A DNA stretch of 64,000 bases from Azolla caroliniana (lineage: Eukaryota; Plantae; Polypodiophyta): assembly GCA_043228905.1 (NCBI GenBank), contig JBHGNT010000004.1, forward strand, positions 20,832,001 to 20,896,000, written 5' to 3'. The position numbers and the translations under genes are program-made. Under the pieces are notes generated by a model that was not told where the DNA came from, did not search any database, and worked only from the letters and a program-made list of their open reading frames with translations. Shown one piece after another: positions 13,925 to 26,598 of this stretch (the stretch's first letter is position 1; each line of letters opens with the position of its first letter).

Positions 13925-15688
13925 TCCCTTGAGGTTTGCTTTATCAAATTCATCAATATGTTCATCTGGGATTTCCTCGTCTCAGATGCTTTGCCTTTTT
14001 CTATTCTTGATTTAGGAATGAATGAAGCGAACTATTGAATCATATTCCCATCTTCATGCCGAAGCATATGTGATCAATAGTAGAGGACTAGATAGTACTT
14101 CAAAAGCTCACCAATTTCTTGGAGGTGGCAAAGGTATCACAGAATGCCAAGTATTTTTAATATTAGGATAGTTCGAGATATTATGGTATAATTAGTTCAT
14201 ATTTTTTACCTGCAGTTGCTTATCTGTTACTCTGGAAAAATGAGAAGCACACGTTTGTAGCTAGGACTGGCGTATTAGTGTTGATCTATATTTTCTCTTC
14301 ATATCTAGTGTTACAGTCTTATCTACAATATCAAAATTGTGTATGGTGCTTATTGCTGGGTTATTCTTCCAAAACTACCTACCGGCTTCACGGTAAGATA
14401 TATCATACAGAAATTTATCATAATACCCCATTTTTCATGATATGCTGAAAAACCACTCTAATATGATTTTAAAATCCCAAAAATCCCAAACTTGTCATCC
14501 CAATATGTTACATTATTTTGTAGACTCTTTCTAAAATCTCTAGACTCACGTGTTATGTTAGCCATTGACTTTATTATAGCATCATCATCCCTCAAGAATC
14601 ACTTTATACTTTCCCTCTCTAGAGTGACAAACAGAGATCTCGTCGAGGGATAGTTTAGGATTTTCATGAAAATATCCTTAAATCCTCTTTTGCATAATCA
14701 CCTAATTAACTGTTTCTGAGAATGAGAAGAATACCCATGTATTATGAATTTCAGAAGAGCCATCTGCTACAATAGGAATAGTGTTTCTAAGCATTGCACT
14801 TTGTAATTGGCTTTTGCAAGTATGTTTGAATAGTGAGCAAATTTACACTCTCACCAATGAAATTCATACTATAGGGGTATTCTTTTGATTCTCAGAAATA
14901 GTTAATTAGGTGAATATGCAAAAGACGAAAGGATATTTTCATGAAAATCCTAAACTATCCCTTAGCGAGATCTCTGTTTGTCTCTCTAGAGAGGGAAAGT
15001 ATAGAGTGATTCCTGAGGGATGATGATGCTATAATAAAGTCCATGGCAAACATAACTCGTGAGTCTAGAGATTTTAGAAAGAGTCTACAAAAAAATGTAG
15101 CATATTGGGATGACAAGTTTGGGAATTTTGAGGTATTTGGGATTTTTAAATCATAGAGGTGTTGTTCGGCATATCATGAAAAATGGGGTATTATGGTAAA
15201 TTTTTGTATGATATATCTTACAGTGAAGCCGGCATGTAGTTTTGGAAGAATAACCCAGCAATAAGCACCATACACAATTTTGATACTGCAGATAAGACTG
15301 TAACACTAGATATGAAGAGAAAATATATCAACACTGATACGCCAGTCCCAACTGCAAACGTGTGTTTCTCATTTTTCCAGAGTAATAGATCAGCAACTGC
15401 AGGTAAAAAACATTATCTAATTATACCATAATATCTGGAACTATTCTAGAATTAAAAATACTTGGCTTTCTGCGATACCTTTGCCACCTCCAAGAAATTT
15501 GTGAGCTTTTGAAGTACTATCTAATCCTCTACTATTGATCACATATGCTTCGGCACGAAGATGGGAATATGATTCAATAGTTCGCTTCATTCCTTCCTAA
15601 ATCAAGAATAGAAAAAGGCAAAGCACTTGAGACAAGGAAACCCCACATGAGCATATCTATGACTTTGACAAAGTAAACCTCAATGGGA
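13925..15688. repeat. Long inverted repeat: ~830-bp arms (13925-14753, 14858-15688) with a ~104-bp spacer
   Basis: Arms are reverse complements with scattered mismatches, e.g. gatagtacttcaaaagctca / tgagcttttgaagtactatc and actttccctctctagag / ctctagagagggaaagt. Confidence 0.93.
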
Positions 15689-16233
15689 ATATAATTCAAT
15701 AGTTTCCTTCATTCCTTCCTAAATCAAGCATAGAAAAATAATACCCCATTTTTCATGATATACCAAAAAACCACTCTATGATTTTAAAATCCCAAATAGC
15801 CCATGTTGGGGAAGCACAAGAGAATACCACTCTTCCACACGAAAGCTAACAAATCTTTTCCCCACTTGTGTTTTAACCAAAACTAATCTTGACAACAATT
15901 CAGCAAGAAACTCCACATTTGAACACTAACAAGATCAAAGAGACACGAGATTTACGTGGAAAACCCCGATGTGGGGAAAAACCATGGGACCGTTCACAAC
16001 AGTACCAAAATTCCACTAATAAACAATAATTCAGTGGGTACAACAGGTTTTCATCTCTAGTTCAAAACTAGAGGCTTTACAATCTTTAAGGTAAGTCCTT
16101 GGATCAACAAATCTCTACAAATTATCATATAGTAGCAAATTTCACAAATTCATAAAATTTGATAAGAGTAAAATCTATGAAGATAGAGAGATAAAAAAAC
16201 AATAATCCAACTGTTGGATTTGAAGAAGATAGT

Positions 16234-16746
16234 TGTCACGAACATGACAACAATCATGTCAAGATTTGAACTCTTTACCTCATGTATTATAGTCAAGTGT
16301 TATGTTCTAACCAATACATCCAAATACATGGTCATGTTATATATACCTTAGTACATTATTAGTAGATTATCTATTTCAAGTTCTAGGAGTTTTTAGAAAG
16401 TTCTAGAACTAGAGGGTTCTAGAATATTCTCCAAAATATTCTAATGCATGTACTTCGACTCACAATATATAAATACTTGTAACTTCCTTGGTCCCTTTCA
16501 AGGGATTCAATGCCAATCATTGACACATCAATCTCGTATTCGTGTTTAGCTTCATTTTCTCTCCTTGATTTACATCTCTGTCTTTATGCTCTTGTATTGT
16601 TTCTAGCGTCTTAAGTTCCTCATCTCATCGCTTCCAACTTCTCGAGTTTTTATCCTCATCATGTCGAGTTCCATGTTCGTAACCTTATCGGGCGTAGCCT
16701 CGTCATCTATGCTTTGTCGTAGTCTAGGGTTGGTGTGTTCGTGACA
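16234..16746. mobile_element. Solo LTR nested in the 3' LTR of the Copia element
   Basis: Inverted termini tgtcacgaaca...tgttcgtgaca; TSD atagt/ataat; absent from the sister LTR. Confidence 0.85.
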
Positions 16747-18026
16747 ATAATATCATAAACAAGTCATTAAACATTGGCCACGATCAGAGGTTGTTTGGTC
16801 ATTGATCGAGGCAAGAATCGTAGATGGCTACTCTATATCTATCTTCTATCCCTCTCTGTCTTTTCTTTCGTGTTGCATGTTCTTTTTAGTATATTCTCAA
16901 AAAACAGAAATAGTAATAATAAGGGTTATGTTTCAAAAACACCCCTTATTACCCCTAAGAAAAAACCTATAATTAGAAACTTTATTTGAGCCCTTTTCAT
17001 ACTAATTTGGACCCATTACAACATACACATCCACATACTAATGTGGCTAAAAAAAACATAGACCCAATGAAATATTTGGACCTCTTCCTCCATGTAGGAG
17101 GGACGAACCCAACAAATGGCAAGCTTCAATCTTACTCTTAGGTAAGATTTTAGTCAACATGTCAAATCCATTTTGGTCGGTGTGCACTTTTTCAAATGCA
17201 ACTAATTTTTCTTCCACCATTTTGCGAATCCAATGATATCGTCTTTGAATATGTTTGGTTTGGGCATGGTAGGCAGCATTCTTGGCAAGGTGAATTGCAC
17301 TTTGACTATCACAATAAAGTATATACCTTTCTTGGTTCAAACCAAGTTCTTCAAGAAAAATCATCATCCATAACAACTCCTTGCATGCTTCAGTGCCTGC
17401 AATATATTCAGCCTCTGTAGTTGACAATGCAACACACTTTTGCAGTTTAGATTGCCAAGATACAACTCCTACAAATGTCATAAAATACATAGAAGTAGAC
17501 GTGCAAGAATCAATATCACCTGACATATTTGCATTTGTGTATCCATCTAACACAAGTTATCCAAGTCCAAAACATAAACAAACTCTAGAAGTACCTGTGA
17601 GATACCAGAGAATCCATTTCACTGTTGTCTAGTGCTCCTTTCCCGGATTAGACATGAATCGACTAACAACTCCAAATGCATGTGCAATGTCTGACCTTGT
17701 ACACACCATGGCATACATCAAACTACCAACAACGAAGGCATAAGGCACTGTCTTCATCTCTTCTTTGTCTTCTTTACTTGTATGACACTAACTAGAACTC
17801 AATTTCATATGGCTTGCAAGTGGAACTTTCATAGATTTAGCCTTGTTCATGTTGAACTTTTAGAGCACCTTTTCAATGTACTCCTCTTGTGATAACCATA
17901 GCTTCTTGTTCTTTCTATCACGCGAGATGTTCATGCCCAAAATTTGCTTTGCAGGGCCAAGATCCTTCATGGCAAAGGACTTGCTTAAAGCATTCTTCAA
18001 ACTAACAATCCTTTTGGTGTTAGAAC

Positions 18027-18498
18027 CAAGGTTGTTAGGTACGGTACAGATACCATACGTATATAACATATTAATAATACGCGTATAGTACCTTCCAATT
18101 TAAAAATATGTTTTGTAATATATTAAATACTTCTAGAATTTGAAAATTATTTACCTTTCTAAAAAATATTTGTAATATTGTAAAAAGCATATATGTTTAC
18201 ATAATTTTATGATGTACATTATAGTTCTACATCACGAAAATTTGAACATTTCATATCCTAAAATACTTGTAATAATATGGATGTTGACATTAGCTTATTC
18301 TATAATTTAGTATAAATGTATATCACGATGTTCTATTTTAAATTGTAATTATTTGTTATTATGCCTTCATAGATTGAGGAATCGTCTACAATTATCACAC
18401 TCAGGATAGATTTCTATCTTTTTTTCTCTCTCTTCTTCTTCTATCATCTTCGATTATCACACTCAAGAAAGGTTTCTATCTTCTTTTCTATCTTCGTC

Positions 18499-18530
<32 letters not shown>

Positions 18531-18817
18531 CTATCTTCTGCAATTATCACACTCAGAATCAGGACAGGTTTCTATCTTCTTCTTCTTCTTCTTCTTCTTC
18601 TTCTTCTTCTTCTTCTTCTTCTTCTTCTTCTTCGTCGTCATCGTCTCTTCTATTCTTCTTTCTTCCTTCTTTTTCACTAAAATCTTTTTTTTCTTTTGCT
18701 TTTTGTTAGGGTTTTACTTACATTTTTTTATAAATACGTATTATACCTGTTTTTTTTCAAATGTACGTTAAATACCGTATTGGACAAATGTACATGATAT
18801 TTGACTGAACAACATTG
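18027..18817. mobile_element. Probable AT-rich non-autonomous DNA element with (CTT)n tracts, interrupting the Copia RT
   Basis: Termini caaggttgtt / aacaacattg; the RT frame stops abruptly at 18026; no TSD found. Confidence 0.4.
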
Positions 18818-18865
18818 ATGTATAGTACGTACTATACAAATTATGAGGTATTATACGTATTTAAA

Positions 18866-19231
18866 CGTTATGAGGAAAATGGAATACTCAAGAAGGTGTA
18901 TATTTCACAAATAGAATAAGAATTACAAAATGTAGCATAACAAGGAGTCACAACCGACTTAGTATAAAGTGTGAGGAGGGTACTTTATATATAGTCACCC
19001 TCTCTCTTCATTAACTATCTACAACAACCACTCTCTCTCTAGGGAATGTAAAGACTCATAGTCATGGGGATTCGGGAATATGTAACTCATTAGTTATATG
19101 TCATAGAATATGATTCTATGACACATAGTTAATGTGTAGAGAGTACTGGTGTGACTCTTGACCTTTGAGTAATCATAGATTCTCAAAAGGTGTGTTCACA
19201 CGTTGCACTATGTTGAGCTTGATTCTCAACA
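18866..19231 (-). mobile_element. LTR remnant inside the Copia internal region
   Basis: Minus strand reads tgttgagaatc...TATA...cataacg and interrupts gag; no TSD. Confidence 0.5.
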
Positions 19232-20914
19232 TGTTCCAACAACTTTTCGGTTCAAGATTTCTCATTCTTTAGTAACAACACCCGATGGAATAGTCTCTCT
19301 TAGAATAGCCTCAACCAAATCCTTCACATACAGGATATACTCCATACGGATTTTCCAAATGGTGTAATTGGTAGCATTTAAATTAACTATATCGGGCATG
19401 TCAACTTTATCATCCATTTTTACTCAACACAAGGATCACACAAGTAACCTTGCTCTGATACCACTTTGTTGGGGAAGCACAAGACAATACCACTCTTCCA
19501 CACTAAAGCTAACAAATATTTTCCCTACTTGTGTTGTAAAATAGAAGATAGTAATCAAAACCAAAACTAATCTTGATAGCAATTTAGCAAGAAACTCCAC
19601 ACTTGAACACTAACAAGCTTAAAGAGATATGAGATTTACGTGGAAACCCCCAATGTGGGGAAAAACCATAGGACCGTTCACAACGGTACCAAAATTCCAC
19701 TAATAAACAATAATTCAATGGGTACAACAGGTTTTCATCTCTAGTTCAAAACTAGAGACTTTACAATCTTCAAGGTAAGTCCTTGGATCAACAAATCTCT
19801 ACAAATCATCACATATAGTGGCAAATTTCACAAATTCATAAAATCTGATCAGATTAGAATCTATGAAGATATAGAGATTGAAAAACAATAATCCAATTGT
19901 TGGATTTGAAGAAGATAGTATCAAGAACAAGTCATTAAACTTTGGCCATGATCGGAGGTCGTTTCGTCATCGATCGAGGCAAGAATAGTATCGGGCTACT
20001 CTACATCTATCGTCTATCCCTCTCTCTCTTTTCTTTCTTGTTGCATGTTCTTTTTAGTATATTCTCAAAAAACAGAAATAGTAATAATAAGGGTTATGTT
20101 TCTAAAAAACCCCTTATTACCCCTAAGAAAAAACCTCCAAGTAGAAACTTTATTTGAGCCCTTTTCATACTAATTTGGACCCATTACAACATACACATCC
20201 ACATACTAATGTGGCTAAAAAAACATAGACCCAATGAAATATTTGGACCTCTTCCTCCATGTAGGAGGGACGAACCCAACAACCCAAAATTCCCAAAATT
20301 CCCAAACTTGTCATCCCAATATGCTACATTATTTTGTAGACTCTTTCTAAAATCTCTAGACTCACGTGGTATGTTAGCCATTGACTTTATTATAGCATCA
20401 TCATCCCTCAAGAATCACTATATACTTTCCCTCTCTAGAGAGACAAACAAGATCTCGCTAAGGGATAGTTTAGGGTTTTCATGAAAATATCCTTTCCTCT
20501 TTTGCATATTCGCCTAATTAACTCTTTTTGAGAATCAGAAGAATACCCCTGTAGTATGAATTTCATTGGTGATGGTATAAATTTTTGAGAATACCTATAC
20601 TACAATAAATAGGCAAGGCATTTCAATGGTGAAGGTGATGCATCTATGGATAAATGGTCACAATGGTATGGGTAGGTAGTGACGTTGGTGATGTGCATGG
20701 TTTGTGGGTTTCATGTTGTAACCATCCTTGACAAGACAACCAATCTCCCAAACATGCATATCACAAGAGAATTCATCAAAATCATTGAATATGATTATTG
20801 GTTAATGCGAACTTGAAGCCTTTGTTAATGAGATTTGAGAAGGCCACTTGAAGGATTAGATGTCCATTGTCCGTTGTATCAATATTCACCCAAGTATGTG
20901 CCATATAACCCACT

Positions 20915-21474
20915 TCTTGAAAGAGCCATCTACCACAATAGGAATAGTGTTTCAAAGCATTACACTTTGTAATCGGCTTTTGCAAGCATGTTTGAATAGT
21001 GATGCAAATTTTCATATCAACTTGGTCAAATATAATCACATTCACCTTCTTGAAAGAGTCATTTGCTACAATAGGAATAGCGTTTGTAAGCATTACTCTT
21101 TGTCATCGGTTTTTTGCAAGCATGTTTAAATAGTGATGCAAATTTCAATATCAACTTGGTCAAATACAACCACATTCGCCATCATGAAAACCATTCATAA
21201 CAATTGAAATATCCTCTTCTTGCACAATTGGAAGATATTGATTTCAAACACATTCACCATCAGGAAAACCATTCATAACAATTGAAATCTCCTCTTCTTG
21301 CACAATTCGAAGATATTGATTTCAAACACATTCACCGTCAGGAAAACCATTCATAACAATTGAAATCTCCTCTTCTTGCACAATTCGAAGATATTGATTT
21401 CAAACACATTCACCATCAGGAAAACCATTCATAACAATTGAAATCTCCTCTTCTTGCACAATTCGAAGATATTG
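20915..21474. repeat. Tandem repeats: ~133 bp x2, then 78 bp x~3.8
   Basis: acaataggaatag at 20935 and 21068; gaaaaccattcataacaattg at 21186, 21264, 21342 and 21420. Confidence 0.88.
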
Positions 21475-22323
21475 GAAGGTAGTATCTCTAAGGATTCTTG
21501 ACAAACAATTCCATTGAAAGAGTGTTTGCAAATCAAGAGTATATGGGGGTTGGAAAATGGAAAACAAAATTGTGCAAATAGCCTAAGGTGTATAAATTCT
21601 ACCATGATTTTAACCGCCCTATTCGAACAAACAAAGGAAGTGTACAGTCTAAACAAACAAAGAAAGTGTATTGAGACATCGAAGCTGAAAAATATAACAA
21701 GACCATCCGCTCCCTATTTCTCAAGTGATATGTGGCTTTCTCTAGATTTATATAGTTCACTTCAATCCTTGAAAACTTTCTTGAATAGTTGAAGCCTGAA
21801 GGTCATATAAAGCTGCACTCTTTTATGGTTTAGTAATCTATTCTATTGTCATCTCATGGAAAAATTAAAAAATGTGTTACACCAACTTTTAAGTTTTGAA
21901 GATTCCTTTGGTTCTAAAAGCTAAGGATGTCAAATAATTTCTTAAAGATTTTGTCTTCTTCAAAAATCATATGCTTAACTTGGTTTATTTCTTCATTCTT
22001 ATCTGACTTGAACACCACATAACAATTAAAAACCACACATAAAGGTATATGCATTTCTCATGCTTTGTAAGTTGATTTCTTAGTTCTCTTAATGAAAACA
22101 TCTGATGCTGGATTCTTATAATCTCATCCATCAGATGTGGATAGCTATCAATAGAAGGGGAATGCATGTTACTTGGCATGATTATGTAAAGGAAGATTCT
22201 TGGATGGTTAATCCTCATTGAGTGCAAAATGGTGGCGAAACAATGCTGTCAGTTAGGAGTGGGTAATTATAAATGAGGGACCTACAAACAAGAACAAAAT
22301 TAATTTGGTTAAAGACATGCAAG

Positions 22324-25300
22324 TCACATATAAAAACTTGGTCTCAGGCTCTCTTTGAATTCATCATTAGAATCTGAAACTATATTAGTACATGTACTAG
22401 AATCCAAATTGAATTTCTTGATATCAATATCTTGTTTTGAAGGGTAATTTGAAGATGACACAATGTCCAGAGATTGTTTCCATAAACGTGATCCTTGCAT
22501 TGAATCCGATACAGAATCTATACATGGGATACATCCTCCATCCCTCGTAACCATGATATTGAATCCATCTACAGAACCTTGGCTTTGGTCACCTACATGG
22601 TGGTGGAAACTATCATTTTCTACTATGAACTTGTCCAGGTTATCGTCCAGTTGAATCCATACTGGCCCTGGTATTTTCAAAGCTCCCAAACTCCTGGTTA
22701 GATGAAATACTCCATCTACATCTTCTGACAATTGAGCATCATTGTATATGCTTGACATTAGTGCATAACCAGCTGCTGCATGGGCTGCTTCATGCTGTGC
22801 TACATGCTGGAAGCATCGCTTCCCTAAATCTACACGTCCATGAGTTTTACAGGCAGACAATAAAGTCATCCAACCAATTATGTCAGGATTGTTCGGCATA
22901 CTTAAAAGCATCTCTTCTGCTGTCTCTAGACATCCTGCACGGCCAAAAAGATCGATCATGCAGTTAAAATGCTCAGTCTTTGTACACTTTTCAACCTCTT
23001 GATCCCCACCATGCTTGAAGTAAATATTTCCTTCATTTACCTCACCACCATGACTGCAAGCTGAAAGTATATTAGAATAAGTTGTATCCTGAGGAACAAG
23101 CCCTTTCTGCTGCATTATTTCAAAGCATCTCCTAGCCAGATCAAAATTTCCCTGTTGGGAAAGTCCACCAATGAGAGCTTCCCAAGAAATCCTATCTTGT
23201 TCTGGTAATGTTGAAAAAACCTTGAATGCATCTTTTAACCTTCCAAAGGTTGCATACATGTAAATTAAAGCATTGCCAAGGTATCCATCTGAATAGAATT
23301 CACTTTTCATAATCAAATTATGTATCAACTGTCCTTGAACTACAGCTCCAATATTACCACATGCTTTTATCACAGCAAGAAAGGATGCCGCATTAGGTTC
23401 TATTCTGTTTTCTTTCATCTTGCAGAAAAGCTCAAGCGTAGAGAAATCCTCTCCATGCTGCGTGAATGCTGTCATCATGGCAGTCCATGATACAACATCA
23501 TGATATTTCGAAGAATTAAATACTCCGTATGCATCATCAACACTCCCACATTTAGAGTACATGTCGATAAGAGCACTTCCAAGGACCACATCTGACCCAA
23601 ATCCTCTGTGTATAATTCCATGATGAGTCGATCTCCCTTCTTGCAGGGCTTCTTCATTACAGCATGCTTTAATAACACATAAAAGTATCACTTCATTGGG
23701 CTGAATGCTTTCCTTCTGCATAGTCTTGAAAAGCTGGAGTGCGGTAGATGTAACTCCATTTTCTGCATATATTGAGATGATCGAGCACCATGATATGATA
23801 TCTCGATTTGCCAATCTATCAAACACTCTTCGAGCTTCCACAAGATAACCACACTTACCATAAATATCAACAAGAGAGTTCCCTAGAACCGCATCCAAAT
23901 GAAATTCATATTTAACTATTTGATCATGTATGAGCTTACATTGTGCAACTGTGCCAAAAGAGGGACAAGCACTCAAAAGGCATAAAAATATGACTCTATC
24001 AGGATAGACTCCCTTTTCTTGCATTTCGTTGAGCAATTCAAATGCCACAGAAATATATCCAGACTGCGCATAACCAGACACCAAAACGCTCCATGTCACA
24101 ACATTCTGCTGTGGCAAACTATTGAAAACAGCATGGGCTTCTCTCAAGCTTCTACATTTTGAAAACATATCAATCAATGTGCTTCCGATACCTAGATCAG
24201 ACTCAAGTCCAAAGCTCACTATTTGACAGTATAACTGCATCCCTTTCTCCAAACTTTCTGCAGCAATGCATGCCTTCATGGCATATAAATATGTGATTTT
24301 GTCTGGCAATACCATCTCCTCTTGCAATTTGTCAAACATGAACAAAGCCTTGGATGGATACCCTTGCTCGGCATAGCCTGCGATGATTGCACTCCATAAT
24401 AGAATGTTCTTGTTTGACAAACTATGGAATGCATTGTCCATTTCTGTCAAGCATTTGCACCTACCATACATATCAATAAGAGCTCTTACAATAGCTGGAT
24501 ATTGTTCCATCCCATCTCTAACAGCCTGGCAATGAATAAGGTATCCCTCATCTAAAGTGCAAGCTTGTAAACTCCAAACAAATGTAGCTTCATCTGACTT
24601 CTCCATTTTCCAGAACAACTCAAGTGCGGAATGACAAAGACCTTGCTGAACATAACCAGCAATCATCACACCAAATGAGACAACGTCTCGATTCTTCAAA
24701 GTGTTGAAAACATATCGAGCCTCATTCATGGTTCTGCACTTACAATACATGCTCATGAGTGTATTTGCAACCATTATATCTGATTCCATGCTGTTCCTGA
24801 CGAGATAATCGTGTAGAACCTTCCCATGTATAGATGAATTAATGTTGCTGCATGCTCTTAGGAGACAAAGGCACGTAACTTTATCTGGGTTTAAATTGAT
24901 TTCTTGCATTTTATAGAATAGTTTGAGTGCACACATATCTCGTTCATGATGAACATATGCAGCAACCATCGCCCCCATTGAAACCATATTCTTATGTGAG
25001 AAGTTCTCAAAAACTTTACAAGCATCTTCTAAGCTTCCACATTTTGAATACAAGTCGATAAGGGTGCTTCCGAGAAGTGAATCCAGACTGATCTTTTCCC
25101 TTATAATCTGATCATGTGCAAGTCTACCTTCATACAAAGAACCTATACCACTGCATGCTTGAAGAATGCACAAATACAATACTTTGTCAGGTTGAATGCC
25201 CTCAACATGCATTTTCTTTACGAGGTGAAGGGCAGAGAAGCCATCTCCTTGTTGTATATATCCGGTAAGCATAGCATTCCATGTTACCACGTTTCTATTA

Positions 25301-25887
25301 GGCAAATCATTGAAAACTTTGCGTGCATCTTCAATGCTTCCACATTTAGCATACATATCAATCAAAGAGCTACCTATAATAACCTCTGATTCAAAATCAT
25401 CACAAAGCACATGAATATGGATCAAATTTCCTTGCTCCAAATCCCCTAGCTTTGCACAAGCTTTTATTATACAGGGATATAAACCACGGTTTCGCTTGAA
25501 CCCACTCGATCGACGAGATTCATAGTAAAAATGAAGAGCTTTCAGAGCTTCTCCATGGTTAATTTGTGCTAAAACAAGAGAATTCCAAGTATAAATACAT
25601 GGAGTCAATACTCCAGAAAAAACCAAATTTACTTCTAGCAAGCTACCACATGAACCAAAACCTCGAATCAAAAGATTGGAGATGGAGATGGAATCAAGCT
25701 GATGGATGACAGCAATAGAATGCAGAGACCTTATGGCTATAGCGTCCTCTTCCTTGATGCATTTCTGCAATAGATGAAGGATTTCAGTGTGTGAAAGACG
25801 GCTTCCTTGCAATATATCTTTGAGTTTTCCTTCTAGAGACAGGGATCTAAAAACGTCTCTGGTCTTCGGTACGTAGGTTTTTGTCAT
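22324..25887 (-). CDS. PLS-class pentatricopeptide repeat protein with E/E+ tail, no intact DYW (1187 aa, single exon)
   Basis: About 9 PLS triplets with ~101-aa periodicity (LIDMYAKCGS..A..VF, VVTWNAML); HFNCMIDLFGRAG and WMTLLSACKTHG; PG-box-like KIPGPVWI. Confidence 0.95.
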   Translation of the reverse strand: MTKTYVPKTRDVFRSLSLEGKLKDILQGSRLSHTEILHLLQKCIKEEDAIAIRSLHSIAVIHQLDSISISNLLIRGFGSCGSLLEVNLVFSGVLTPCIYTWNSLVLAQINHGEALKALHFYYESRRSSGFKRNRGLYPCIIKACAKLGDLEQGNLIHIHVLCDDFESEVIIGSSLIDMYAKCGSIEDARKVFNDLPNRNVVTWNAMLTGYIQQGDGFSALHLVKKMHVEGIQPDKVLYLCILQACSGIGSLYEGRLAHDQIIREKISLDSLLGSTLIDLYSKCGSLEDACKVFENFSHKNMVSMGAMVAAYVHHERDMCALKLFYKMQEINLNPDKVTCLCLLRACSNINSSIHGKVLHDYLVRNSMESDIMVANTLMSMYCKCRTMNEARYVFNTLKNRDVVSFGVMIAGYVQQGLCHSALELFWKMEKSDEATFVWSLQACTLDEGYLIHCQAVRDGMEQYPAIVRALIDMYGRCKCLTEMDNAFHSLSNKNILLWSAIIAGYAEQGYPSKALFMFDKLQEEMVLPDKITYLYAMKACIAAESLEKGMQLYCQIVSFGLESDLGIGSTLIDMFSKCRSLREAHAVFNSLPQQNVVTWSVLVSGYAQSGYISVAFELLNEMQEKGVYPDRVIFLCLLSACPSFGTVAQCKLIHDQIVKYEFHLDAVLGNSLVDIYGKCGYLVEARRVFDRLANRDIISWCSIISIYAENGVTSTALQLFKTMQKESIQPNEVILLCVIKACCNEEALQEGRSTHHGIIHRGFGSDVVLGSALIDMYSKCGSVDDAYGVFNSSKYHDVVSWTAMMTAFTQHGEDFSTLELFCKMKENRIEPNAASFLAVIKACGNIGAVVQGQLIHNLIMKSEFYSDGYLGNALIYMYATFGRLKDAFKVFSTLPEQDRISWEALIGGLSQQGNFDLARRCFEIMQQKGLVPQDTTYSNILSACSHGGEVNEGNIYFKHGGDQEVEKCTKTEHFNCMIDLFGRAGCLETAEEMLLSMPNNPDIIGWMTLLSACKTHGRVDLGKRCFQHVAQHEAAHAAAGYALMSSIYNDAQLSEDVDGVFHLTRSLGALKIPGPVWIQLDDNLDKFIVENDSFHHHVGDQSQGSVDGFNIMVTRDGGCIPCIDSVSDSMQGSRLWKQSLDIVSSSNYPSKQDIDIKKFNLDSSTCTNIVSDSNDEFKESLRPSFYM

Positions 25888-26055
25888 GCTTTAAGCGAAT
25901 GTGCTTTTCTAATCCATCTTTCTAACTCTGTCTCTTCTCTGTGTCTGTGTCTGTGTCTTTATGTGTCTCGTTGGGAGCAGAGAAGCAGAACAGGTTTTCA
26001 CAGTCCAGTTATGACTTCTCGATTTAATAGAGCTAAAGCTACAATTATGTGTAGA

Positions 26056-26088
<33 letters not shown>

Positions 26089-26598
26089 CAGTATGTATGT
26101 ATATGTACATATATCATATATGTATGTATATGTATATGTTTATAGTATATACTAATATGTGTATCATGTATGTATGTATGGGTAAGAAAAGAAGAAAGTT
26201 GGAGAGAGAGGAATCGAACCCATAGCCCAATTTATGATGAGGGGGTAGAAGGGGGTAGAAGTGTATCTAGGAGTGGAAGGCTTAACCAGTTTGGTTTGGA
26301 CAAGGCCAAACTGGTTAAGCCGAAACCGAACCGTTGTCGATTCCTAAAGTCTATGTACCTACGAACCATTTAGCAAATGGGCACCTCGCGGCTCCAATTT
26401 CTACAAACACTTGCGCAACATTCGACTATCCTTGAGGAGGCTAATCAATCACTACATTCCACTCATGGGACACGAAAGGAAAGGATGCAAGCAAGATAGT
26501 TGAGCATGGCTAGTCACATTATACATATGTGCTTATGTATGTACGAAAGACAAACGAACATGTGCTCATTCCAAGAGTTGAGAGATGGAGAGAGAGAG

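Larger units (their letters stand above)
15804..20281 (-). mobile_element. Degenerate, internally deleted Ty1/Copia LTR retrotransposon
   Basis: LTRs 19467-20281 (5') and 15804-17114 (3'), TG...CA; TSD gccca/accca; tRNA-iMet PBS tggtatcagagca (minus, 19451-19463); gag start NATNYTIWKIRME (~19240-19417); RT/RNase H fragments SFAMKDLG and QKCVALSTTEAEY...CDSQSAIHLAKN (17115-18026); integrase absent. Confidence 0.92.

Noticed and set aside
21170-21474. CRISPR-like array
   Set aside because: Contiguous 78-bp units without unique spacers, in a eukaryotic context with no cas genes.
25888-25917. Upstream in-frame ATG extending the PPR
   Set aside because: It reads ATG GAT TAG with a second in-frame stop, so it is at most a minimal uORF.
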